From assembly GCA_951406725.2 (NCBI GenBank), contig OX597821.1, positions 92,070,001-92,134,000 of the forward strand: a stretch of 64,000 nucleotides of DNA. The letters are read 5' to 3'. Below, piece after piece: positions 26,748 through 38,970 of this stretch. This DNA comes from Octopus vulgaris (taxonomy: Eukaryota). The position numbers and the translations under genes are program-made. How positions within the stretch are numbered: the first letter of the stretch is position 1; each line of letters begins with the position of its first letter. Below the pieces are notes generated by a model. It was not told where the DNA came from. It saw only the letters and a list, made by a program, of their open reading frames with translations, and did not search any database.

Positions 26748-26987
26748 TATATGTGTGTGTGTGTGTATATATTTGTGTGTCTGTGTTTGTTCCCACCAAC
26801 ATTGCTTGACAACCATTGCTGGTGTGTTTACATTCCCGTAACTTGGCAGTTCAGCAAAGGGACTGATAGAATAAGAACTAGGCTTACAAAGAATAAGTCC
26901 TGTGTTCGATTTGCTCAAATAAAGGCGGTGCTCCAGCATGGCCACAGTGAAATACTGAAACAAGTAAAAGAACATCAAAGAACAAAG

Positions 26988-27030
<43 letters not shown>

Positions 27031-27039
27031 TTATAGAAG

Positions 27040-27092
27040 GAGCTTCTACAGGACTAGAACTGTTTCATTCAGATGAAATCTTCAGGAAGCTC
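27040..27092 (-). ncRNA. Type-I hammerhead ribozyme, complete core
   Basis: GAGCUUC-CUGAAGA-U-UUC-AUCU-GAA-U-GAA-ACAG-UUCUAGUC-CUGU-A-GAAGCUC: 7-bp stem I, 4-bp stem III, GUA cleavage triplet. Confidence 0.8.
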
Positions 27093-27147
27093 TGCTATGT
27101 ATTGAGTACCTTATTTACTGTGGTTAACTCCGACTCAACCCGGGACC

Positions 27148-27206
<59 letters not shown>

Positions 27207-28599
27207 GCATATATATATACACATACACACCCACATACATACACACACACACATATATGCATGCAAATATATACAGATATATACATATATATAAACTAAG
27301 CTTCCACACATTTTCATTTACTAAATTCACTCACAAAGCATTAGTCATCCTGTGTTACAACGGATAAAAAAAAACCTCGTGTAAGCTGAAGCATTGTGGG
27401 CCCAAACTGGTGGCAAAGCACTCTTCTTAACCACACAGTCATTCCTATCTCTACAACCATAAAAAAGACGAAAGGCAATGTTTGCCTCAGCAGGATTTGA
27501 AATCAGAACACAGAGATCCAAAAACAAATACCAGAAGGTAGTTTGCTTCGTTTTCCTTTTTTTCTTATCAATGTTTCAAAGACTTTACCAATTCACTGTC
27601 TAAATTAGAAGTCAATAATTTAGAATAATATAAAATATAATTAAAATGACGATAGTTGTGGTAATGACATTGGCATTAGCAGTAAAACTTTCTTGAATAG
27701 ACAGAAAGCCTAAAGCAAGTGGGATAAGAACACATGGTCAGGCAATAAAACCAGTGTTTCAGCTAGTTGGTCATTGCACATTTCAATAATAATTATTTCT
27801 TCTGTCCAGGCACAATTCTCTACCATTTCTGTTATTTCAATATAACCCATTATTTCTCTCAATTTCCTTTCCTCTCAAAAACTCACACAGCTCTTTCCCA
27901 TGTGTCTTTTATGCTCTTTTTCCTTTCTTCTCTTGTACTTATTGAAATAATTTAAATAATATTAGTCATTGACTAATATTGTGTCTTCCTAATTGCATAA
28001 TTATTTCTGGTCGGCTTTTTTAATGTTCCGTAGAAGGCAGCTAATTAGCAGCGTCATTAAAGCGTCAGAAAGAATGCCTCACAGTATTTCTTATTAAAGT
28101 AAAGGACAAAAGATTTATCTTTTCAAAGTGAGGGGAAACCAGAGTATTCTTGGTATTTTTCCCACCTCACAGAGCACAGAGTTCAAATCCAGCTCATGGC
28201 AGCTTTGCCTTTCAACCATTCAAGGTTACAAATCGAATATTAAAAGTGCTATTTTTCTTCTCTGTTTCACTCCCTTTATTGGCTTGTAAAGGGGCCAACA
28301 AACGGAAGATCACAGCATGGCTCGATCAATCCTCTCGCCATTATTCCGTGAGAACTGGACGGAGAGTGATGCAGATGAGGGAAAGCAGTGGCAGCAGCAG
28401 CAAAGATGACAATATTGGTTTCAAATTTTGGCACAATGCCAGCAAGTTTGGAGGAGGGGTAAGTCGATTACATCAACCCCATCATACAACTGGTACTTAT
28501 TTTATTAACCCTGAGAGAATAAAAGGCAAAAATCGACCTCAGCAAAGCTGACGTTGGTAAAATCAACCTGTGTGTGTGTATGCATGTATGTGCATGTGT

Positions 28600-28825
28600 T
28601 TCTTATTTACTGCACATAAGGGGCTACACACAAAGGGGACAAACAAAACTGACAAATGGATTAAGTCGATTATATCAACCCCAGTGCGTAACTGGTACTT
28701 ATTTTATCAACCCCAAAAGTATGAAAGGCAAAGTTGGCCTCAGCGGAATTTGAACTCAGAGCGTAGCGGCAGACGAAATATCGCTAAGCATTTTGCCCGA
28801 TGTGCTAACGTTTCTGCCAGCTCAC
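28600..28825 (-). mobile_element. SINE-B (further copies at about 28415-28550 and 29305-29510)
   Basis: Homology to 20803-21033. Confidence 0.85.
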
Positions 28826-28988
28826 TGTATGTATGTGCATGCGTATATGTGTGTCTGTCTGTCTGTCTGTTTGTTTCTGATTGCCATTATATTAATACAC
28901 TCTAAAAGCTGTATTGGTGGTTGTATTCATGCCTTGTTACTTAGCAGTATAACAAATAGTGATCAATGAAATAAGTATCAGATTTATA

Positions 28989-29126
28989 GATTCCTGACTT
29001 TCACCCAGGCGGCCCGGGTTCGATTCCCGGCATGGGAACGTTATATAAAATGGCGGTGCCCCAGCATGGCCACAGCTCAAGAGCTGAAACTGGAAAACAT
29101 GAAAACATAAAAACATAAACATAAAC
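28989..29126 (+). pseudogene. 5'-truncated tRNA-Glu(TTC) retrocopy (28989-29038) fused to a SINE-A-type tail
   Basis: GATTCCTGACTTTCACCCAGGCGGCCCGGGTTCGATTCCCGGCATGGGAA, then GGCGGTGCCCCAGCATGGCCA-CAGCTC-AA-GAGCTG-AAAC and (AAACAT)n. Confidence 0.85.
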
Positions 29127-29520
29127 TACTGAGATAGATACATTTGAATAAATCCATTCAGCTAGTGCCTTCTTATTGACACAGTCCAATGACCGAAACA
29201 ATTAAAACAGAAACTAAATCAAAACATTATCATTTGTGATTAATACTGTTTTTCCTTCATCATTTTATCACTTTCAATTGTCTTTTAATGCTCGTTGAAT
29301 ATATCGATTTCAAATTTTAACACATGGCCAGCAGTTCCAGGGATGTGTGTGTGTGGGGGGGGTAAATTGATTACATCGACCTCATCACTCAAATAGTACG
29401 TGTTTTATTGACTATGGAAGGTTAAAAGACAAAGTCGACCTTGGTGAAATTTGAACTCGGAAATGAGTAAGCATTTTGCCTGGCATGCCAACGGTTCTGC
29501 CAGCTCACCACCCTAATGCC

Positions 29521-29924
29521 TACTCTTTTACTTGTTTCAGTTATTTGACTGTGGCCATGCTGGAGCACTGCCTTTAGTTGAGCAAATCGACCCCAGGATT
29601 TATTCTTTGTAAGCCTAGTACTTATTCTATCAGTCTCTTTTGCCAAACCACTAAGTTACAGGGACATAAACACACCAGCATCGATTATCAAGTGATGTTG
29701 GGGGGACAAATACAGACACACAAACATACACACATACATACATACATACATACATACATACAATGGGCTTCTTTCAGCTTCCATCTACCAAATCCACTCA
29801 CAATGCTTTGGTCGGCCCGAGGCAATAGTAGAAGACACTTGCCCAAGGTGCCACGCAGTGGGACTGAACCAGGAATCATGCAGTTCATAAGCAAGCTACT
29901 TACCACACAGCCACTCCTACGCCT
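29521..29924 (-). mobile_element. SINE-A, full length
   Basis: Homology to other SINE-A copies. Confidence 0.9.
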
Positions 29925-31225
29925 ATAAATATATTTTTGAATATATTAACACTAACTTTTTCTATGCATATTCATGTTTATAAATCTTTCTGTTAAGTTA
30001 GGGTTGATTAATAAATGTAGAGAACCATGATAAGCTCATTGGAAATAATTACACTGGATAGTTTTTATAATACAATGAAACATATTCGTTATTTTTAAAC
30101 AAATATAAACGACAATTCCTAATCATTTCATGTCTTATTTTGACCTCATCAGTAAAACATAGATTAAACAATCATTAAACAAATGTTCAAGATTGCACAT
30201 TTATTGGTATAGGAAATTAAAATTACTTAGGATTTAAATAATTCAGATATACATGGTGATTAATGTATGCAATGGTCAAACTAACTTTGTGTCTGGTTGT
30301 CTCTGTTCTATCTACATGTAGGTTGTATACAATACATTATAACTTGGAAAAAAAAACAGTGAGTGTTTGAGTTGGCTAAAAATATTCCAAGAGGAAATGT
30401 GTCACTTAAAATAAATGTTACATATTGTATTCTAGAAATGTTTCTTGAAGTGTTTCATCCTCAACACATACAAACCTCCTTTCCCTTTCTTGATAAAGAG
30501 CACTTAGCCCAAAGCATTGGAATCTTTTCTTTCTTCACAGTAACAATATTTATATCAAATAACTATGTATGTCTATTTACCAGTCCCTTTCTTTGTTACT
30601 TTTCAAGGGCATCAAGCGGTTAAAATATGGCCGAAATAAAATATACAAATGGCACTCTATGAAGTCAATAGCTTTTGATATGAAGTGACTCAGATTATGT
30701 CAGTATGAAAAGTAGAAATAAGAATGAGGATATGATGTCAATGATTTCATGATTTCTTTTGCTCAGTACTCAAGGAGACATGCTTATGTATCAGCTCAGG
30801 CCAATCTGCCAGAGTTGGTTACTAGACTTCACCCCTACCATGAGTGTAAATTTATTTGAGTGGTCAAATACCAATGAAAAAAAACGAATTGTGTGAAATT
30901 ATTTATAAATAAATATAAGAACAATTATATTTCTAAAAATAATATTAGTGGCCATGATCATACAGCTGTATAGGAAAATTAATAAAATATATTTGGATCA
31001 TGATGGTGCTAAATTAAAAATTGTGTTATCAAATTACCCAGCATTCCTCTTGCATCCCCCCCTCCCGGCAAAGGGAGGAAGCTATTCTTGTTCATTAAGA
31101 TTCCTATCAGGCTTGTATTAATTTTGTGACTCCTCTGTGACTTAGAAGTATTTTGACTTCTATTTTTAGCAAAGTAGTTGCTTATGTAGTACCCTAGTGT
31201 GTGTGTGTATATATATATATATATT

Positions 31226-31342
31226 ATAATTTAGGGTATCTAAGAGATACCACCATGCTGGAAATAGCAGCCAAAACGTGACTCTAAAACCACATTAAAT
31301 GTTCATACAGTGTGGTGGTATTTCTTAGATACCCTAAATTAC
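31226..31342. repeat. Short inverted repeat next to (TA)n
   Basis: TAATTTAGGGTATCTAAGAGATACCACCA / TGGTGGTATTTCTTAGATACCCTAAATTA. Confidence 0.8.
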
Positions 31343-31487
31343 TATTTTAATAATAATTATTACCTTTGAAAGTATTTATTCCCATGCTGGCCACTTGATA
31401 AGATCAATATTTAAATTAATGATCTTATTCTTATTTCTATAAATTTATATATTTATACATACATATATATATATATATACATACATA

Positions 31488-31529
<42 letters not shown>

Positions 31530-31533
<4 letters not shown>

Positions 31534-32090
31534 AACCCACTTTGCTTGTGAAGACATGTTGGGGCAAGCGAAATCGAAATCGAATTGAACCAGCCAGGAT
31601 CCCTGGTCTGGTGGTACGTAAAAAGCACTATCCGACTCGTGGCCGTGGCACGTAAAATACTCCAATGCGGCCGTACGACAGGCACCCATGCCAACCCCCT
31701 TTGCATGTGAAGACATGTTGGGGCAAGCGAAACTCGAAATCGAATTGAACCAGCGAGGATCCCTGGTCTGGTGGTACGTAAAAAGCACTATCCGACTCGT
31801 GGCCGATGCCAGTACCGCCTTGTCTGGCTTCCGTGCCGGTGGCACATAAAATACACCAATCTGACCGTGGCCGTTGCCAGCCTCGCCTGGCACCTGTGCA
31901 GGTGGCACATAAAAAGCACCCACTACACTCACGGAGTGGTTGGCGTTAGGAAGGGCATCCAGCTGTAGAAACATTGCCAGATTAGACTGGAGCCTGGTGC
32001 AGCCTTCTGGCTCCCCAGAACCCCGGTCGAACCGTCCAACCCATGCTAGCATGGAGAACGGACGTTAAACGATGATGATGATGATGATGA
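31530..32090 (+). mobile_element. Element C, long copy with internal duplication
   Basis: Block of about 115 bp repeated at 31530 and 31689; four repeat units; (GAT)n tail. Confidence 0.88.
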
Positions 32091-32102
32091 TATATATATA
32101 TA

Positions 32103-32278
32103 TATACTTTATTTAAAAGCACCAGAAATATAAGAAAAGCTATTACTCAGAGTTTCACGTTCCTGCTCGTCGGACAGTTTTGCTTTTTTTTTTTTAACAA
32201 AACCGTCCAACGAGTGGGAACATGAAACTCCGAGTAATAGCTTTTGTTATATTTTTGCTGCTTTTAAATAAACCATAT
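32103..32278. mobile_element. Penelope-like inverted repeat with hammerhead-like motif in each arm
   Basis: 32140-32177 (-) CUGU-CCGACGA-GCAGGAACGU-GAA-ACUCUGAGU-A-AUAG; decayed mirror copy at 32203-32240 (+). Confidence 0.7.
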
Positions 32279-32341
32279 AACTCTACCTCTGGTATTTGAG
32301 TACTGTTTTTCCATCTTGTTTCACATTTATGTGCTTACTCC

Positions 32342-32393
<52 letters not shown>

Positions 32394-32549
32394 AGTTCAG
32401 TAAAAATTTAGATTTAGTTGAATATGGTACTTAAGTTAAAGGCAGCAGAATTTGGTACGGTATTATCCATATAATTCAAAATGAGGTGATTATAATCACC
32501 CTATTTTGAAATATTTATATATATATATATATATATATATAAATATATA

Positions 32550-32763
32550 CAGGGTGTCCCAAAAAAATGTATACACACTTTAGCAGCTGATAACTCATTT
32601 GATATTTTTTCTTTCCAGATGAAACCTATAGGATTTAATGATGGCAGTCAGATTAAGCGCTTTGAACAAAGAAAATTCATTCTAAAATGATACTGGAAGT
32701 GTGAAAATGCAGTTGAAGTGCAAAAACAGTTAAAATATGCATTAATTTTTTTGGGACACCCTG
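32550..32763 (+). mobile_element. Tc1/mariner-superfamily MITE (internally deleted)
   Basis: TA|CAGGGTGTCCCAAAAAAAT...TTTTTTTGGGACACCCTG|TA; keeps a transposase-like N-terminus FEQRKFILK*YWKCENAVEVQKQ. Confidence 0.85.
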
Positions 32764-33208
32764 TATATATATGTTACTAGCAGCTAAGCTTGGTTTGACC
32801 CTGTCAGTTTCGATGATGTGGGCTGTAAAACCTGCTTTGTGTAAGCAATAGAATGACTGTTTTCTGTCAAAACACTAAAAATAACTGACAAACAAAAAAA
32901 AACCCCAACCAAATAAAAAAATAAACCAAAATACTAAGTGAACAAAAATGAATCATCCCACTTTCATTGCACATGCACACGCACACAAAAACACACACAC
33001 TCACATACACACATTCACATATCCCACCTTTTACATACATACGCATATCCACACGAAGTTGAAACGCTGTTTGATTTATTTTTTTCTGCGTACAATTTTC
33101 CTAATCACACTACCAGATCAGGCTGGAGCCTGGTGCAGCCTCATGGCTTCCCAGACCCCAGTCGAACCGTCCAACCCATGCAAGCATGGAAAACGTACAT
33201 TAAATGAC

Positions 33209-33241
<33 letters not shown>

Positions 33242-33571
33242 ATATGCATATTTATCAATGCAACTGCATCCTTGTTTTATTCATTTTTTTTATACTTGTC
33301 TTCAAAGATTGCAAAAGAGCCAGACATCCAGAGAGGAATAAAAAGTTAAGATAGTGTGAAAGAGATAGGGTGATAAGATATAGAGAAAGGCATAAAGAAA
33401 CAAGATGAAGAGCACAAGAGATTGAGAGAGAGAGAGAGAGAGAAAGAGAGTGTGTAACAAAACTAATAAACTTAAACATCTGCCAAGAAAACCTGTAAAA
33501 ATTTTATAGAATTGGAGATTAGAAAGATAATAAATTATAACAATGGTACCAAACTAATAGCAAACACACAT

Positions 33572-33984
33572 AGGCACAGGAGTGGCTGTGTGGTAAGTAG
33601 CTTGCTAACCAACCACATGGTTCCAGGTTCAGTCCCACTGCGTGGCATCTTGGGCAAGTGTCTTCTGCTATAGCCCCAGGCCGACCAATGCCTTGTGAGT
33701 GGATTTGGTAGACGGAGACTGAAAGAAGCCCGTCGTATATATGTATATATATATATATGTGTGTGTCTTTGTGTGTCTGTGTTTGTCCCACTAGCATTGC
33801 TTGACAACCGATGCTGGTGTGTTTAAGTCCCCGTTACTTAGCGGTTCGGCAAAAGAGACCAATAGAATAAGTACTGGGCTTACAAAAAGAATAAGTCCTG
33901 GGGTCGAGTTGCTCGATTAAAAGGTGGTACTCCAGCATGGCCGCAGTCAGATGACTGAAACAAGTAAAAGAGTAAAAGAGTAAA
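33572..33984 (+). mobile_element. SINE-A, full length
   Basis: Homology to other SINE-A copies. Confidence 0.92.
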
Positions 33985-34338
33985 CAGGATGGTCACAACT
34001 GGAATGCTCAGCATCATAGATCTGCTGGACCAGAGTTTACAAGGAACTAAACAACAGCAACTGCGACTACAATTATATTATTATAACTGATTCTAACATA
34101 AATAAAAGATCTGAAATTTGGTGGAGAGGAATATTCTTTTCTACTCTAGGCACAAGGCTCGAAATTTTTCAGGAGGGGTCCAGTCAATTAGATCAACCCC
34201 AGTGCATAAGTGGTACTTAATTTATCGACCCCCGAAAGGGTGACAGGCAGAGTCGACTTAGGCAGAATTTGAACTCAGAATGTAAAGACAGACAAAATAC
34301 CGGTAAGAATTTCGCCCGGCATGCTAACATTGTGGAGA

Positions 34339-35873
34339 GGACAAAATAATGGAAACACTTTATCATCACTTCATAATTTTGAAAAATCTGTAAAACCATC
34401 AAAAGCTTGTTTATCATTATGTTTTTTTATTTATTATTAGTCTGGCCCCCATGACAGTGGCATGTAAAAGGCCGTTGCCAGCCTTGCCTGGCCCCATGCC
34501 GGTGGCACATAAAAAGCACCATCCATCCGTGGCTGTCTGTCACCTGTGTGGGTGGCACGTAAAAAGCACCCACTACACTCACGGAGTGGTTGGCATTAGG
34601 AAGGGCATCCAGCCGTAGAAACACTGCCAGATCAGACTGGGCCTGATACAGCCTTCTGGCTTCACAGACCCCAGTTGAACCGTCCAACCCATACTAGCTT
34701 GGAAAGCAGACGCTAAATGATGATGATGATGTTGCTTAATATGTTTTCATAAAATTGCTCTTTCTTTTCAGATATCATCAGAAAAAAGTAATTAAAATTC
34801 ATTAAAATGACAGATCTATTGGGCTTTCAAACAGGTCAAATTCTTGGTGCTCGTATAGCAGGTGCTAGCGTAATGAAAACAGCTAAACTGTTTGGTGTAT
34901 TAAGAAGTGCCGTCTCGAAAGTAATGACAGCCTTTGAGAAAGAGAGAAAAACCTCCTCATCAAAACAAAACTTCAGAAGAAAACCAAAACTTTCAGATAG
35001 GGATCATCAGACTCTTATGCAAATTGTTAGAAAGGATCACAAAAGTACAGCTCCCAAAATTACTGCAGAGCTTAATGACCTCCTCAAGAACCCAGTTTCC
35101 ACAGGAGCTGCACAAGTCGGATTTTACGGGAGGGCTGCAATCAGAAAATCACTACTTTCAAAACCAAACGTTGCAAAGTGTTTAGAGTGGAGTAAAAACC
35201 TACAGAATTGGTCCCTAGAGCAGTGGAAGAATGTTATTTTCTTGGATGAGTCATCCTTTGCCTTATTTCTGAGCAACAGCTGAGTATACGTGTGGAAACA
35301 GCCAAAAGAAACATTTGACCCAGACTACAATCTTCCAACTGTGGATGAGGATCTATGGTGATCTGGATGGAGGGGCTACATCTTGGAAATCCGCCAACCC
35401 AATGGTTTCCTTTCATGGCAGAATTAATAGTCAAGACTATTTAAGCATTTTATATGATCAAATTCATCCTATGGCTGTGGAACTGTTTCCAGAGGAAAAC
35501 ACAATCTTTCAGGATGATAATGCACCAATTCACACAGCTAAAGTTGTTACTGAATGGCATGAGGAACATTCTAGTGAAGCTGAACATCTTACCTGGCCAC
35601 CAGAGTTCCCAGATCTCACTATTATTGAACATGTAGGGAGCATTTTAGAAAAACAAGTAAGGAGTCAATATTCTCCACCATCATCACTACAAGAACTGGA
35701 GACTGTTTTAGCTGAAGAATGGACAAAAATTCTTTTGGAAACAATTCAAACTTTGTACAAGTCCATACCTCATAGAATTCAAGCTGTAATTACTGCTAAA
35801 GATGGTACTACCCCATACTGAAATAAATTTGTTTGAAATTTGAAGGTGTTTCCATTATTTTGTCCAACCCCTG
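34339..35873 (+). mobile_element. Tc1 element (same family as 25527), left TIR clipped, element C inserted at 34442-34730
   Basis: Right TIR TTTTGTCCAACCCCTG|TA; aligns with 25527-26747. Confidence 0.92.
34807..35821 (+). pseudogene. Tc1 transposase pseudogene
   Basis: WKNVIFLDES, FQDDNAPIH, WPPEFPDLTIIEH; frameshifted. Confidence 0.92.
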
Positions 35874-37196
35874 TATATCAGAAAGAATATATATGTCAAA
35901 ACTATTGTTGACCTTTTATGGTTATTATAATAATTTATTGTTATATAATATTATGTTATATTATATTATATTCATAGTACTTAATATAATATTGTAATAT
36001 AAATATATTATTGGATTGTCAATAGTATATCTCTAATTTATCTTTATTGAATGTACTCAATATATGTTGTACAATATGTTATGTATAATAAACTAAATTT
36101 TTTCCTTTAACTTGAGTTTTATGTTACTCCATAAAGACAGAGTCACATGAAGCTCAACTCTTGAGAAACGGAAATTCACTTTCAGTATGTAAATAAATGT
36201 ATGTGTTGGTATTTTTCTGTACATAAATATGTGTCGGTATGTGAATTTATATATGTGTATGTATATGTGTTTGTGTGGGTGTATTAATTAGTGTATGTAT
36301 ATATATATATATAGCTTTGTGCATTTAGACATATATGTGTGTGTACACATAGACCTGAACATACACATATGCACACACATCCATACACGTATGCACAGAT
36401 GAAGTGAACAGTAAGAGTGATTGTGTAATTTGTAGTATGTAATTTGTCAGTGTGCATGTATATGTGTATGTGTATGTGTGTGTATATGAGAGAGAGAGAG
36501 AGAGAAAGAGAGTGTGTGTGTGTGTGTGTGTGTGTGTACATATAAGGTGAATGTATATAACATAATCTCATTAACAACTGCAAGAAATAATCACACTGTA
36601 AAGAAATTACTGTTTTGCTACTCTCTGGCTGCAAAGAAGGCAAAATTAACAAACGTTGCTCAATAGATCTCATCAGAAGATTAGCTACATTGCTGATTTC
36701 CTCGTTAATATGAAATTATTTCCATTGAGATTGCAAGATAACAAAATGCCATTTCTTTAACCTGTGATATCAATCTCCTTACATTGGCATACACATTTGT
36801 TTTATTTATTTTTTATCTTTCATTTGTTTATTTTTTGGTATTTTCTGCTTTGTGTTTTTCTTTTCTTTTTTAATATTGGTTCATTGATTATTTTATTTTC
36901 TCTTCGTGGTTAGAGTAGATGGCGATTATTTCCTTGTTTGTTAAAAGAGAAAGCAAAATAATGATAATGGCTTCTTTTGACTAGGCACTGTGATAATTTC
37001 TGTTAGAGAAGACGATAGCTGTCATATTTGATTGTCTTGATAGTAACATATTACTGGTATACACCATAGAAACAGAAAGTTTTAACAGACTAGTTTTACA
37101 GAGGATTTTATAGAATGGCAAAGATTAACAATTCATATTTATAATGCCCCTGCTACACACACTCAACTCACTGTAGTACAGTATCTTGAGCAGTCA

Positions 37197-37590
37197 ATAA
37201 AATAATGAAATTATTGCATACAGTGCTCAGGTGACCCACAACTTGTCAAAAGTGCATATAAAGCATATGCAGTAATGCACAAATGTCTGGAAAGTGAACA
37301 GTGTATGAGTCAGATACATGCTTGCGTGTGTATGGAGGGGAGAAAATCAGGTGTAGTGTTGGCGAATCTCAGGAAGCATGGAAGTTTTGAAGGATGCAGT
37401 GCTCTGACAACTAACAACTGATGCCAGCAGTCTGTTCCATACTTCAGCAACTCTTAGTGTGAAAAAATGTTTCCTAAAGTCATGGGAGCTGTGCTGTTTT
37501 CTGACTTTGTAAACATGTCCACGGGTGTTAGACAGATGGAGTTTGAAAAGGTGCTCAGAGTTATTGTTTGTAAGATGGTTAATAATTTTT
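37197..37590 (-). mobile_element. CR1-clade LINE 3' fragment
   Basis: 37589 to 37347 reads KIINHL...NTRGHVYKVRKQHSSHDFRKHFFTLRVAEVWNRLLASVVSCQSTASFKTSM...*, typical of a CR1 ORF2 C-terminus. Confidence 0.88.
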
Positions 37591-37719
37591 TGGTTAATAA
37601 TATGTAAAATGGTTAATAATTTTAAATGCCATAAGAACTAGAATTCATTCAAGGTTTCAATCTAATTGCTTTGTTACTGTGAAAAGCTGGGCTAAAAGTA
37701 TGTTTAAAAGTAAGTTACA

Positions 37720-38130
37720 AGTATGGTTGTGTGGTAAGATGCTTGCTTCTCAGCCACATGGTTCTGGGTTCAGTCCCACTGTGTGGCACCTTAGGCAAGC
37801 ATCTTCTACTATAGCCTCAGGCTGACCAAAGCTTTGTGAGTGGATTTGCTAAACAAAAACTGAAAAAAGTCTGTCGTATATGTGTGTGTGAGTGGTTGTG
37901 GGTGAGTGGGTGTATGTGTCATTGTATCTGTGTTTATCCCCGCCATCACCACTTGACAACCGGTGTTAGTGTGTTTACATCCCAGTAACTTAGCAGTTTG
38001 GCAAAAAGACCAATAAGTGCTAGATTTAAAAAAAAAAACAAGTCCTGAGATCAATTTATTCGACTAAAACTCTTCAAGGGGGTGCTCCAGCATGGCTGCA
38101 GTCAAATGACAGAAACGAATAAAAGAATAA
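37720..38130 (+). mobile_element. SINE-A, older copy
   Basis: Homology to other SINE-A copies. Confidence 0.85.
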
Positions 38131-38239
38131 TAGAGCTGTAGCTTATATAGGTATAGCTTTAGAGCTCATCTCTTCAACACTGGACAGAAGGCTGAAAACT
38201 ACTATTTTTATATACTAATTTATAAATGAAAAAATGATA

Positions 38240-38970
38240 AGCCAAGTTCATTATTTACATTATTTATATTCGACAGATATTTCTCCTCATCTTGTTTATT
38301 GTTAACACAACGATTTGGCTGATATACCCTCCAGCCTTCTTCAGGTGTCTTGGGGAAATTTCGAACCTGGGTTCTCATTCCTACGGTATTTTTCGATGTT
38401 GTTGTTATTATTATTCGAAATTGATCAATCGAAATTGCAGCTGAGATGCCAGTGCCAGTGGCATGTAAGAGAACCATCCGAACGTGGCCGTTGCCAGCAC
38501 CGCCCCAACTGGCCTCATGCTGGTGGCACGTAAAAAGCACCATCCGATCGTGGCCGTTTGCCAGACTTGTCTGACACCTGTCCCAGTGGCACGTAAAAAG
38601 CACCCACTACACTCATGGAGTGGTTGGCGTTAGGAAAGGCATCCAGCTGTAGAAACTTTGCCAGATCAGACTGGGCCTGGTGCAGCCTTCAGGCTTCCCA
38701 GACCCCAGTTGAACCGTCCAACCCATGCTAGCATAGAAAGCGGATGCTAAACGATGATGATGATGATTATTATTATTATTATCATTATTATTATTATTAT
38801 TATTATTATTGTTAGTGCTCAGGTCACTGCATGGAATCAAACTCGGAATCTTGGGGCTAGTAGCCCGCGTTCTTAACCACTACACCATATGCCCATGGGC
38901 ATATATATCTGTCGAATTAAAATAATGAAAATAACGTACATAATTCCTCATCTCTTAAATATAGAACTGT
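38240..38970 (-). mobile_element. tRNA-headed, hammerhead-bearing Penelope-like element, interrupted by element C (38416-38766)
   Basis: Head GGGCATATGGTGTAGTGGTTAAG...GAGTTTGATTCC (38894-38833), (AAT)n, decayed HHR at 38305-38348, inverted copy of its 3' end at 38905-38935. Confidence 0.6.

Larger units (their letters stand above)
25253..26972 (+). mobile_element. SINE-A split by a Tc1 insertion in its internal microsatellite
   Basis: Head at about 25253-25410 and 3' half at about 26770-26972, on either side of the Tc1. Confidence 0.85.

Noticed and set aside
31540-31580. Possible HDV-like ribozyme (CTTG...CAAG-CGAA)
   Set aside because: Only a P4/J4-2-like part is visible; P1, P1.1 and P3 could not be built
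32776-33110. Possible additional Helitron starting ACTAGCAG
   Set aside because: No convincing hairpin or opposite terminus
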